Source: a virus (taxonomy: Duplodnaviria; Caudoviricetes). From it: a stretch of DNA of 45,973 bases. The stretch is taken from IMG/VR virus record IMGVR_UViG_3300037755_000222, positions 1 through 45,973 of that record. One strand, 5' to 3'. Of the stretch, positions 18,819 through 26,996 are shown piece by piece (position 1 is the first letter of the stretch; each line of letters begins with the position of its first letter). The translations under genes were made by a program, and so were the position numbers. The notes under the pieces are model-generated. The model was not told the origin of the DNA. It was given only the letters and a program-made list of their open reading frames with translations, and did not search any database.

Positions 18819-19256
18819 TCATTTTAATGAGCGGATGGCTTCTCTGAGTTTATCTTCCACAACGGAAATATCATCCTTCCATGTAGTGCGCTCCCACTGA
18901 AACGCCGCCTCTACCACCGCCAATATCTGCTTCGCCCGAGGGGAGGTGAGGGAGAGGACTTCATTCTGTTCCAACGCTTTGCATGCCCTATTGAAATGTC
19001 CAGCATCAGCAGGGAATGTCCCTATGTGGTGGTGGCCTTTGGCTTGTTCTGACCAAGGTCTGCCTTCATAGCAATCAACGCACATAGAAACTATCGCATG
19101 CTGTAGCGCCTCCACCATCACCGCCTCTCTCGCTTCGGCTTCCTTGAGGCGGCTGGCAAGCTCATCGAAAGCCGTAGACCAACTAGGCACACCACTTTCA
19201 GGACGACGAAAAGCGCCTTCGCGTAATTCCTCCACGCTCATCTTCTCAAGTTCCAT
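18819..19256 (-). CDS. Hypothetical protein (145 aa)
   Basis: GGAGG RBS before ATG 19256; last gene of the leftward block. Confidence 0.55.
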   Translation of the reverse strand: MELEKMSVEELREGAFRRPESGVPSWSTAFDELASRLKEAEAREAVMVEALQHAIVSMCVDCYEGRPWSEQAKGHHHIGTFPADAGHFNRACKALEQNEVLSLTSPRAKQILAVVEAAFQWERTTWKDDISVVEDKLREAIRSLK

Positions 19257-19320
19257 GATTCCTCCGTTCAGCGAGTAAGGCGCGGATGATTTCTCTCGCG
19301 TGAGATGCGCTTGATGGGGG

Positions 19321-19506
19321 TCATGGCTTAAACTCACGAAAGATTTTGCGTACTGCTATCGTCACGGACATTCCGCTCGGGTGGGTAGCACTATTATAAA
19401 AACTCATTATTTTTTCCACTACGCGGTTTTCCAGATCATTGATATCTGTCTCATTAAAGACTTCTACTGATACTGATTTCCTTACTAATCGCTTCTTGGG
19501 TTTCAT
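19321..19506 (-). CDS. Hypothetical protein
   Basis: 61 aa; ATGA-coupled to the upstream small ORF. Confidence 0.5.
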   Translation of the reverse strand: MKPKKRLVRKSVSVEVFNETDINDLENRVVEKIMSFYNSATHPSGMSVTIAVRKIFREFKP

Positions 19507-19607
19507 TTCTTTCTCCTATTGAATAGCCAACGATCCGCCATATAGGCAGCCGAACCCTGGTCGTGGCCTTTACGAATCCATTTGTAATAAATATCGCCCC
19601 AAGTCAT
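19503..19607 (-). CDS. Hypothetical peptide (34 aa)
   Basis: GGAGG RBS; ATGA overlaps on both sides. Confidence 0.5.
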   Translation of the reverse strand: MTWGDIYYKWIRKGHDQGSAAYMADRWLFNRRKK

Positions 19608-19888
19608 GTTCCCTCCTTCCCCAACCGCTTTCGTAGGTAGTGTGGTATCAGTTCTTTCGCATTTGCCATAGCCGATGACTGAGCATCCCTCATGGTGAAT
19701 GGAGCGTATTTGAATAGCCACTCCAACGCCTCCGCCTTTTCCTGTAGGTCTGTGAGGGTGGTGGAGATAGATCGTAGATTAACCACATGACCTTGATAGT
19801 ATCGTGTGAGTTCTTCTCTGTAAGCAGCACGCTGAGAAAGATTATCAAGATACCGCGCCAATTCCTCTATCTTGTCAACATCTGTCAT
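19604..19888 (-). CDS. Hypothetical protein
   Basis: 94 aa; GGAG RBS; coupled to its neighbours. Confidence 0.55.
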   Translation of the reverse strand: MTDVDKIEELARYLDNLSQRAAYREELTRYYQGHVVNLRSISTTLTDLQEKAEALEWLFKYAPFTMRDAQSSAMANAKELIPHYLRKRLGKEGT

Positions 19889-20046
19889 GTCTGTTCTCCA
19901 AGACGAAGTTCCGCATTATAGATAGCGGCCAAGAGCCTATCTTCCCAAGGACTGCGGTTCGGCGCACAAGGATTGACCGGAACATTCTTTGCCGCTTCGA
20001 GAAGGGCCATTAATGCTTGGTTAATCCTCTTTTTTTTCTCGCTCAT
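19885..20046 (-). CDS. Hypothetical protein (53 aa, below the ORF-track cutoff)
   Basis: MSEKKKRINQALMALLEAAK... with its stop overlapping the next ATG. Confidence 0.45.
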   Translation of the reverse strand: MSEKKKRINQALMALLEAAKNVPVNPCAPNRSPWEDRLLAAIYNAELRLGEQT

Positions 20047-20055
20047 ATAAATCTC

Positions 20056-20085
20056 AAAAAAAAAACAGGCGGCGGTTAAGCCGCC
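20056..20085 (-). terminator. Intrinsic terminator after the YqaJ gene
   Basis: GGCGGC-6 nt-GCCGCC hairpin (20068-20085) next to A10 (U-tract on the minus strand). Confidence 0.65.
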
Positions 20086-20130
20086 CGCAAAATGCCTCGG
20101 CCAAAGGGAGGGGAAGGCCGAGGCTGGGAG

Positions 20131-21045
20131 TCATAAATCGGTTTCCTTTTTATCCGGTGCCTTGGGTTTCACATTCCACCGAACATAACTGCGCCCACGA
20201 TACTGTTCCAGATCGACACCGCGCAGTTCCGGAATCTTGGCATAGGCCACGCGCCCCGGCGTCACGCCGCGGCTCAATTCGACACCATCGCCAGACACCG
20301 ACTTTCCATCGGACAGGGCGACCAGACCATCCTCGATGTTGTCGAGAACCTCCTTGACCGCCTTCATGCGCTCATGGTACTTGAGCCACTTTTTCGCCAG
20401 CTTGCGCCACTGGCGGCGGTTCTTCTCCGGGACATCGACATAATCATCCTCGGTTTTCTCGGGTGGCGTGTCATTGACGATGCACTCCAAGAACTCCGCT
20501 TCCTTCTGGATCAGGGTCTTGATATACGCCGCGTCCGGGTACACCGGAATGATGATGATATCAGACGCCTTGAGCGTGTCGAGATCGTCAACGTAGGGAG
20601 CCGAGGCGTAGTACACAACCGGGATGCCGATGGATAATTGATGCTGAACCTGTGGGTAATGCTCGGGACAGACTTTGCCATCCAGAGCGAAGCCGTGCTT
20701 CACCGGATCATTCAGCTTGCATTCCAGCCCGGAGGAGTCATCGATGGCGAGGCCATCGAACGACGCCTGTTGCCACGGGTTTTCCTCGGAGACGAGGATC
20801 GCCGGCTCATACACCTCATCCAACATTCCCTCCTGTTCCACAAGGTTGCGAATGAACGGCTCGAAGTCATGGCCGAGGCTGAAGGCGTACTCGTTGCCGG
20901 ACTCCATGACGCGCCCGGTGCGTTCCAGCCACAACTCGAACGGGGTCTTGTACGGTGACACGCCCATGATCACCGGGGCATCGGAGGAGCCGATGCCGGT
21001 TTTGCGCCAGCGCAGCCACTCCGGGGTTCCCTGTTGCAGTTTCAT
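20131..21045 (-). CDS. YqaJ-like (lambda-exonuclease family) recombination nuclease
   Basis: QGTPEWLRWRKTGIGSSDAPVIMGVSPYKTPFELW, ASFDG, LECK, YPQVQHQL. Confidence 0.92.
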   Translation of the reverse strand: MKLQQGTPEWLRWRKTGIGSSDAPVIMGVSPYKTPFELWLERTGRVMESGNEYAFSLGHDFEPFIRNLVEQEGMLDEVYEPAILVSEENPWQQASFDGLAIDDSSGLECKLNDPVKHGFALDGKVCPEHYPQVQHQLSIGIPVVYYASAPYVDDLDTLKASDIIIIPVYPDAAYIKTLIQKEAEFLECIVNDTPPEKTEDDYVDVPEKNRRQWRKLAKKWLKYHERMKAVKEVLDNIEDGLVALSDGKSVSGDGVELSRGVTPGRVAYAKIPELRGVDLEQYRGRSYVRWNVKPKAPDKKETDL

Positions 21046-21896
21046 GAGCGGTCCTCCGGGGTCTCGGTCTCTTTTTTCTTGGCCTCGGCCTCGTTGATTT
21101 TCTTGACGATGGCTCTTTTGCAGCGCGCAAAGAATTCCGCCGGTAGCAGTTGGAGTTTAGTGACAGCGAAGTATTCCGCAATCTTTTCCTCACGCAACGG
21201 TGACTTTTTCACGAGGTCGAGCAATTCCTGATACTGGACATCGGTGATGATGGTGGATATTTCAGGTGGCTCAGAGTCCGGCTCCTGTGTGAAGATTTCC
21301 GAGAGGCCACCGTAACGCAGGGTGGCGTCTGTCTGTGACGATTTCAGGGCCATCTTGAGCGCCTTGTTGAGATCGTTATTATCGTCATCGTTCAGGAGAC
21401 GCGCGCCGACACCTTCGGCCACGACCCGACCTTGAGCATTGACGAGATGGCACAGGATCACGATGGAGTTGACGTGTAGCTGATCCCGGAGACGTTGTTC
21501 GTATTCCTTGAGATTCGGGAAGGTCGGCATGACGCCGAGCATCCCGCAAATCTTTTCGGAACCGGGCTTCAGCAGGAACGGCTTTGACCATTTTTGTTGT
21601 TTCTTCGACCAAACGCGCATGTAGTCGATGCCGGCTTTGAGGTTCTTCTTGATCCAGTCGATCAAGATTTTCCGGTTCTCCTCGCGCAACTGAAGTTGTT
21701 TCTTGAACTCGCGCGTGGAGATATCGAGCGGACGTTCCGCGGCCAACGCGAGGTTCTTCTGTTCCTCGGCTACGGGTGCGGCCAACGGCTGGGACGGTTT
21801 CCCCATCTCTGGCGACACCTGCGATCCTTTCGGGATGACTTCGCCCACCACCGGCTTTGCTGGTTTCGTGGGTTTCTTCTGTTGTTTCTTGCTCAT
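21042..21896 (-). CDS. Probable single-strand annealing protein (recombinase partner of YqaJ)
   Basis: KPFLLKPGSEKI, VVAEGVG, NKALKMALKS motifs; coupled to the exonuclease gene. Confidence 0.65.
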   Translation of the reverse strand: MSKKQQKKPTKPAKPVVGEVIPKGSQVSPEMGKPSQPLAAPVAEEQKNLALAAERPLDISTREFKKQLQLREENRKILIDWIKKNLKAGIDYMRVWSKKQQKWSKPFLLKPGSEKICGMLGVMPTFPNLKEYEQRLRDQLHVNSIVILCHLVNAQGRVVAEGVGARLLNDDDNNDLNKALKMALKSSQTDATLRYGGLSEIFTQEPDSEPPEISTIITDVQYQELLDLVKKSPLREEKIAEYFAVTKLQLLPAEFFARCKRAIVKKINEAEAKKKETETPEDRS

Positions 21897-22096
21897 AGCA
21901 CTCCTCGTTCGTGAAGATTTTCAAGTAGTAACACTTGAGATTTAATGCATGCTTGCAGGGTTGAGAGCGGGAGGTTGACGCGAGGATCAGCATTGCCGTT
22001 CATCATGTCCTCGATTTCGTTTCCGCCTGTGTTGACGATGGATGCGCGAAACGGTTCCATCCACTTCGGCATTTTCCATTTTCTCTTTTTTCCCAT
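21893..22096 (-). CDS. Hypothetical protein
   Basis: 67 aa; stop overlaps the next start. Confidence 0.55.
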   Translation of the reverse strand: MGKKRKWKMPKWMEPFRASIVNTGGNEIEDMMNGNADPRVNLPLSTLQACIKSQVLLLENLHERGVL

Positions 22097-22140
22097 GATA
22101 ATGCGCCCCCGTTGCCGGGGGCGCTCTCCTGTTGTTGAGG

Positions 22141-23202
22141 TTAAGCCGCTTCGGCTACTTCCGACCAGCTTGAAGTTGGCAGTTCCAACACCGTGCCACC
22201 GAGGCGTTCCAGTTCCGTTGCACGATCATACGAAGGAACATCCTGCGAGGCGCGGGTGATGGCGTTGACCAGACCGTACTGGGACAGATCGGCACCACGG
22301 ATCAGGTGAGCCAGTACACCGTCGCTCTCGCTCTGGTTCAACTGATACCGTTTCGCCAGCGTCTCGACCGCCTTGACCGGGCTGACCACGATCTCGCGCG
22401 TGGTGGAGCGTTGCAGGCTCTCCACAATGCGCTCGAACTGCACCGAGTTGAGACTGGCACGCACCGTGTCCTGCACCTTCAGCCAGAAAGCCTTGTCATC
22501 GGCTTGCAGGGTCACATCACGGTACAACTCGAAGGCCGCTTCACCCTCGTCCGCCGCACGCCCGAGATGGGCCTTGCGCTGGCTGTAGTCGGGGGAGATC
22601 AGACCATTGAGGCAGACCAGACGAAACACCAGCGGTTCGACCTTGAGCGCCCCGAGACCGATTTCCGAGTTCGAGATGACGATCCCGGATTGGACAACAT
22701 CGCCGCGCTTTACCTCGCGCTCGATCTTGGGGAACAGCGCCTTGATGTAGAAGCGGTTATCGGTGACTTCCACCGATTCAAACTTCACATCGGCCTCGCC
22801 CAACACCGGCAACACCGCCTGCGCCAGATCATAGTTGTCGAGAGGACGATAGCGATCCGAGAGGAAGGCACGGGCACCGTTGTCGAGAGTGCGGATCAGA
22901 CGGCGCTCGGGCTTCTCGCGGAACCAGTGCTGCACGTTCTCCTGCAACAGCACCGGAGCCTCGGACTTGAGGCGGTCGTAATACGGCTTGGGGATACCGA
23001 GGCGGTTGGCGATCTGTCCGTGCGTGTGTTCGGTCACGGAAAATTCACCGTGTCCATTCACCTTCAGCGAATAAGGCGACTTTGGATCACCGCCGACTTG
23101 ATGGAGTTCGAGTTCACGGGTATCCGCAATGAAATCCCGCTTGCTCTTTTGCTGCCGGTCCAACTCAGCAGCGATTTCGGAGAGGCTTCGACCAGTTTTC
23201 AT
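22141..23202 (-). CDS. DUF932/DUF945-family protein (353 aa)
   Basis: MKTGRSLSEIAAEL, RAFLSDRYRPLDN, SNSEIGLG, RLVCLNG, YGLVNAIT motifs. Confidence 0.85.
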   Translation of the reverse strand: MKTGRSLSEIAAELDRQQKSKRDFIADTRELELHQVGGDPKSPYSLKVNGHGEFSVTEHTHGQIANRLGIPKPYYDRLKSEAPVLLQENVQHWFREKPERRLIRTLDNGARAFLSDRYRPLDNYDLAQAVLPVLGEADVKFESVEVTDNRFYIKALFPKIEREVKRGDVVQSGIVISNSEIGLGALKVEPLVFRLVCLNGLISPDYSQRKAHLGRAADEGEAAFELYRDVTLQADDKAFWLKVQDTVRASLNSVQFERIVESLQRSTTREIVVSPVKAVETLAKRYQLNQSESDGVLAHLIRGADLSQYGLVNAITRASQDVPSYDRATELERLGGTVLELPTSSWSEVAEAA

Positions 23203-23287
23203 GATGATTTCCTTTGCTGCATTCACCCGCAGCGGGGGTTTGGTTTACCGCTCATTCACCGGGGCGGTTTCGGTTGTAACGTGAATG

Positions 23288-23316
23288 ATAATATGATATG
23301 TATAGTAGCAAGTCAA
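23288..23316 (-). promoter_or_regulatory. Sigma70 promoter for the leftward recombination operon
   Basis: Minus strand TTGACT-N17-TATTAT. Confidence 0.75.
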
Positions 23317-23349
23317 GTGCAATTTTTACCTTGTTTTATCGAGGATTTA

Positions 23350-23562
23350 ATGGCGAAAAAACCCCTGTTGAAAACCCGGCGCGCACAGCATCAGCGCAAT
23401 ACCGAAATCGTGCAAAAATATCTCCAAGGTGTGGCGACGGGATCGCCCTCTCCCTTGGAGATCGAGAAGGAGTATGGATTCTCGCACTCGCGCCTGTACC
23501 AGATTCTCGCCAAGTACAACGTGAAGCCAACCTACAAACAGAAGTGGCTCGACAAAGACTGA
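23350..23562 (+). CDS. Small HTH DNA-binding protein (Cro/Mor-like, 70 aa)
   Basis: GAGG RBS; RNTEIVQKY...LEIEKEYGFSHSRLYQIL; divergent from the DUF932 gene. Confidence 0.7.
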   Translation: MAKKPLLKTRRAQHQRNTEIVQKYLQGVATGSPSPLEIEKEYGFSHSRLYQILAKYNVKPTYKQKWLDKD

Positions 23563-23570
23563 GGTGAACC

Positions 23571-23792
23571 ATGACGATCAAAGTGAAAAAGACGGACGGC
23601 AAACCCGAGTCCACCGAGATTCTGGCCTCGGCCATCGTGAGCATCGGCAAGGCCGCGGACAAACTTCTCGCCAGCGGACTCAACACCAAGGCGGTGATCG
23701 TGCTGCTACAGCACGAGACCAAGGTGTCGCAGCGTGACATCAAGACCATCCTCGATGGATTGAAGCGGCTGGAAAGCTGGTATTGCAAATGA
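23571..23792 (+). CDS. Hypothetical protein
   Basis: 73 aa; GAGG RBS. Confidence 0.65.
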   Translation: MTIKVKKTDGKPESTEILASAIVSIGKAADKLLASGLNTKAVIVLLQHETKVSQRDIKTILDGLKRLESWYCK

Positions 23793-24037
23793 AACGGTTC
23801 AATCCATACACCGCATTACTGGACCGCGCACAAAAGTTCAGATCACAGGTAATCAATCCCGTGACGAAAATAATGTGGAATTATCCAAAGGCCGATCTGA
23901 AAATTGGATGGCCTCTCAACGATCTATACGAGCGTGTAGCCGCCGCCGATACCATCGGGTATGACGTGAAGCTGATAGCTGCCGAGCGCGGATTGGAAGT
24001 GTTTTACGTTAAGAGACCGAAAGACGATTGTTTTTAA
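23789..24037 (+). CDS. Hypothetical protein (82 aa)
   Basis: ATGA overlap with the previous gene. Confidence 0.6.
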   Translation: MKRFNPYTALLDRAQKFRSQVINPVTKIMWNYPKADLKIGWPLNDLYERVAAADTIGYDVKLIAAERGLEVFYVKRPKDDCF

Positions 24038-24050
24038 TGCGAGGTGAAAT

Positions 24051-24254
24051 ATGCGTAAAGAGAAACACGACAAGAAGGTAGTCCGTTCCATTCACCGTGA
24101 AATCAACCGGCTGTGCAAACAGCATGGCGCTGATGTCGTCCGATACGCCTTCAAGAAGTTCGATCAACTTGTCATGGCGCAGAACCATTACCGTAAAGAA
24201 AAGCGGGAACTGCGGGCGCGGTTGCGGGAAATCGAGGCCAAGACGAAGGTGTAG
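24051..24254 (+). CDS. Hypothetical basic protein
   Basis: 67 aa; GAGG RBS. Confidence 0.6.
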   Translation: MRKEKHDKKVVRSIHREINRLCKQHGADVVRYAFKKFDQLVMAQNHYRKEKRELRARLREIEAKTKV

Positions 24255-24256
24255 AT

Positions 24257-24589
24257 ATGCAGCTTGTGTCTCAGTTAATCGCTCCTCGCGTAAGTGTGAG
24301 TCGTGGTGTAGATCACGGCACAATAGGAAAAATTCTCGTCAAAAAAGAGAGCATTGAACTCGTCTGGCGCGGCGGCTCCACCTACTGGTCAGGGATGAAT
24401 GGCAACAGGTACAGCCAAGCATCGTTGCAGATCATCGGGATCGGCAATGATCGAGTCGGCCGGGAACTGCATGAAGGTGGACGGTTGAGCGCGCGTGTCA
24501 TCCGTGAGTGCGCCAAAAAAATCGATGCCATCTTCGGGAATGGAACCGCAGAACACATCGATATCAAGAAAACTTTGGTGCTGGAATGA
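24257..24589 (+). CDS. Hypothetical protein
   Basis: 110 aa; follows the previous stop by 2 nt. Confidence 0.6.
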   Translation: MQLVSQLIAPRVSVSRGVDHGTIGKILVKKESIELVWRGGSTYWSGMNGNRYSQASLQIIGIGNDRVGRELHEGGRLSARVIRECAKKIDAIFGNGTAEHIDIKKTLVLE

Positions 24590-24593
24590 ATAC

Positions 24594-24696
24594 GGGGGTT
24601 ACTCTGGTGAGTTTTTCGATTGATATGAGGGTTCGAATCCCTGACAGCAGGCTTGCACAATCGAAAAGGCTGGTTCAATTCCAGTCGCCTCCACCA
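24594..24696 (+). ncRNA. tRNA-Ala/tmRNA-like RNA with a 30-nt insertion carrying a second T-loop
   Basis: GGGGGT pairs with GCCTCC-A-CCA (G3:U70, A73); T-arm GCTGG-TTCAATT-CCAGT; 10-bp helix TTTTCGATTG/CAATCGAAAA; internal AGGG-TTCGAAT-CCCT; CTTGCAC loop. Confidence 0.75.
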
Positions 24697-24705
24697 CAAA
24701 CAGAA

Positions 24706-24727
24706 AAGCCCGCTTGCGCGGGCTGTT
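24706..24727 (+). terminator. GC-rich hairpin directly after the tRNA-like RNA
   Basis: AGCCCGC-TTGC-GCGGGCT; only a weak U-tract. Confidence 0.45.
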
Positions 24728-24748
24728 CCGTGGCTTTCACCAATATGC

Positions 24749-24777
24749 TTGACCTCTGGCGAGGTGTAGTGCATATT
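24749..24777 (+). promoter_or_regulatory. Candidate sigma70 promoter
   Basis: TTGACC-N17-CATATT. Confidence 0.5.
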
Positions 24778-25114
24778 CCTTGGTGTCGAGTCAAGGATGG
24801 GAAGTATCCTCTCGTAAACCCCCATCCGAGTCAAGACCGGGCCGTGCAGGCCAAGACCCTGCCGCTGGCTGTGGACTCCGGACTATCCCCGAAGGATGTG
24901 GACCGTGGGCCTAAATTCTGCAACCACAGAAAGCCTTTTCCCGAGATTGTGTTCCGGACCAGAAATGGGGCGGGCAAGCCGGCCAAAACAAATATTAAAT
25001 ATATTTATTGGCCGAAGGCCACTCCAACGATTTGCCAGCCTGACAGGCTGTTGGGTCTACATGGTGGCGCTATCGCGGAGTTTGGCAGCAAACAAATCAC
25101 CTACACCGAGGAGT
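24775..25114 (+). ncRNA. Structured non-coding region (leader RNA or replication origin candidate)
   Basis: 12-bp closing helix 24775-24786/25103-25114; internal stems GGATGGG/CCCATCC, GGCCAA/TTGGCC around an AT-rich core, CAGCCT/AGGCTG. Confidence 0.45.
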
Positions 25115-25121
25115 CGAATCG

Positions 25122-25433
25122 ATGAGTACGGAGCAACCCCAGCAACCCACCGGCACGTCGCAACTGCTGACCCTGATCCTGACGGAGCTACGAGCCATCA
25201 AGGCGGCACTACAGTCGGGAGGACGGCAATCTCAACCACCTGCCAGACCACCGGCGAATCGAGGTTCCGGGAACAACAGTGGGGGAAACAAATACGCTGT
25301 TAAATCGAACGAGGAGGTTTCCACCTGTCGGGATTGTGGTGAGAATATCGTCTGGCGACAGAGCCGAGCCGGTAATAACTACTGCGTCAACATGGACGGA
25401 AACTTTCACTCCGAGACCTGCACCGGAAGATGA
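25122..25433 (+). CDS. Hypothetical protein with C-terminal zinc-finger-like motif
   Basis: GAGGAG RBS; CRDC...HSETC. Confidence 0.7.
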   Translation: MSTEQPQQPTGTSQLLTLILTELRAIKAALQSGGRQSQPPARPPANRGSGNNSGGNKYAVKSNEEVSTCRDCGENIVWRQSRAGNNYCVNMDGNFHSETCTGR

Positions 25434-25759
25434 AACCGAAGAAAAACTTCTACGTGGTCAAGGTCGGTCGCCAGCCCGGTCTCTATCACAACTGGGATGA
25501 TTGCTTCGCGCAGGTGACAGGATTCAGCGGTGCGGTATTCAAGGGTTTCGCGCACCGTGCCGAGGCCGATGAGTATGCCGCGAAGCCGATCCGAACGAAA
25601 CACGTCACCACGCCGACGCGCAAGGGCCACTACCGCATGAGCGGCAGGCCAAGACCTCCGGGCAGTAACATCACGAACCCGAGAGGCTTGACGCAGTTTT
25701 ATTCAGGTGCGCGGTTGCCGTGGGAGTTTCCGATATTCATGGAGTGCTATGAAACATAA
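25430..25759 (+). CDS. Stand-alone RNase H1 N-terminal / Cauli_VI (RNA:DNA-hybrid binding) domain protein
   Basis: FYVVKVGRQPGLYHNWDDCFAQVTGFSGAVFKGF...EADEY; no catalytic domain. Confidence 0.85.
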   Translation: MKPKKNFYVVKVGRQPGLYHNWDDCFAQVTGFSGAVFKGFAHRAEADEYAAKPIRTKHVTTPTRKGHYRMSGRPRPPGSNITNPRGLTQFYSGARLPWEFPIFMECYET

Positions 25760-25997
25760 AACGATTCGAGACGGATGGATCGGTTATCTGGAACGGGTTA
25801 TCCCATCTGGCGCATCACCTGTTCAGGTTCAGGAAACCCGACGCTCATTTTATGCTGGGGCCGCGCACGTCATGAACCTATTGGCGGCAGTTGGTGACGA
25901 TCCAACTATTACGGAGGATGAAGGCGTCAAGATTCTCGACGAGCGTGCTAAAGAGGTGGAGAATTTTGCTTCCGATATCAGGAACAATCGAGCATGA
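25749..25997 (+). CDS. Conserved phage hypothetical protein (82 aa)
   Basis: GGAG RBS; QVQETRRSFYAGA motif. Confidence 0.65.
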   Translation: MKHKTIRDGWIGYLERVIPSGASPVQVQETRRSFYAGAAHVMNLLAAVGDDPTITEDEGVKILDERAKEVENFASDIRNNRA

Positions 25998-26317
25998 CCG
26001 AATCTATTACTCCGGAAGAAAAAGAATTTCTGGATGCTCTCGTAGAAGAGCAACAGAAAGCGGCACGCGAGTTAAGTAAAGCGAATCATGTTTTGCATGA
26101 GGCGCTTCTGGAAATTCATTTCAGGCAATTCGGCGTGAAGTCCGGAGTTGTTGTCGAATACCGTGGAAAGAAATATATAATTGCTGGTGTTCGAGCCTGC
26201 GAACATTCGGCAAGGAGCGGTTTAAAACCGTCGGCGTCTGGATACATGATACGCAAAGACGGAACTCCAATGGAAAGAGCAAGATACCTGTTCTCGGATT
26301 GGAAAATTGAAAAATGA
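25994..26317 (+). CDS. Hypothetical protein
   Basis: 107 aa; ATGA-coupled. Confidence 0.6.
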   Translation: MTESITPEEKEFLDALVEEQQKAARELSKANHVLHEALLEIHFRQFGVKSGVVVEYRGKKYIIAGVRACEHSARSGLKPSASGYMIRKDGTPMERARYLFSDWKIEK

Positions 26318-26751
26318 CCGACCGCCGCCCCATCTCCGGATACGAGGGTCTCTACGAGATAGACCGGAACGGCAAGGTTTACAGTCTCGAACGTAAACGC
26401 GATCTGAGCGGCTTGAAGCAGTACAACGGCATGGAGAAATTTCACACCGTTCCAGAAACCATCGTGGCCTACAACCTGAACGCCCGTGGTTATCTCCGGG
26501 TGGCGCTCTGGAAAAACAACAAACGCCGGCAACATCTGGTGCATCGGCTGGTGGCGCTGGCCTTCATACCGAATCCGTATAATTATCCGCTCGTGAATCA
26601 CGGGGATGAGAACAAGAAAAACCCCTGCGACTGGAATCTGGAATGGTGTACGCATGCATACAACATCAACTATTCCAAGAACCGGCGCGGTCAGGAAGAA
26701 CCTCAGTACACAACCGAGGTGCCGAATCTGCCGGCGATGTCGTGGGTATGA
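26314..26751 (+). CDS. NUMOD4-HNH homing endonuclease
   Basis: PISGYEGLYEIDRNGKVYS, VHRLVALAFIPNP, VNHGDENKKN...NLEWCT. Confidence 0.9.
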   Translation: MTDRRPISGYEGLYEIDRNGKVYSLERKRDLSGLKQYNGMEKFHTVPETIVAYNLNARGYLRVALWKNNKRRQHLVHRLVALAFIPNPYNYPLVNHGDENKKNPCDWNLEWCTHAYNINYSKNRRGQEEPQYTTEVPNLPAMSWV

Positions 26752-26996
26752 CAAAGAAGAAAAAGAAAATCGAATTGTCGGATGACGATATTGATGATCT
26801 GACAAGTTATGCTGACGGACAAAGCCGCGTCCGTCGCAGGCTGAATATTGGTTCGGATGAACTTACCGAGGCGGCATTGGATAAAAATGTAGAGCAATGT
26901 TCCGCATGTCGGTGGTGGTTTGAATCCGGCGAACTTGTTGATGATAGTGGTGAGCCAACTGGAAAGTGCGGAGATTGTAGAGGCAACCATGATTGA
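26748..26996 (+). CDS. Hypothetical Zn-ribbon protein (82 aa)
   Basis: ATGA overlap; CSAC...CGDC. Confidence 0.6.
   Translation: MTKKKKKIELSDDDIDDLTSYADGQSRVRRRLNIGSDELTEAALDKNVEQCSACRWWFESGELVDDSGEPTGKCGDCRGNHD

Noticed and set aside
19908-19935. dif-like sequence (GTTCCGCATTATAG)
   Set aside because: Only a partial XerC-like arm; no XerD arm (TTATGTTAAAT); lies inside an ORF
22306-23562. 418-aa plus-strand ORF
   Set aside because: Mostly antisense to the DUF932 gene and crosses a promoter; only 23350-23562 has an RBS and HTH character
24652-24696. 3' half of tRNA-Ala as an attP core
   Set aside because: No integrase in the complete genome, and the upstream sequence pairs with it to form a full RNA
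24508-25125. 205-aa ORF as a replication initiator
   Set aside because: Overlaps the tRNA-like RNA, a hairpin and a promoter; no recognisable motif or RBS. Not fully excluded.
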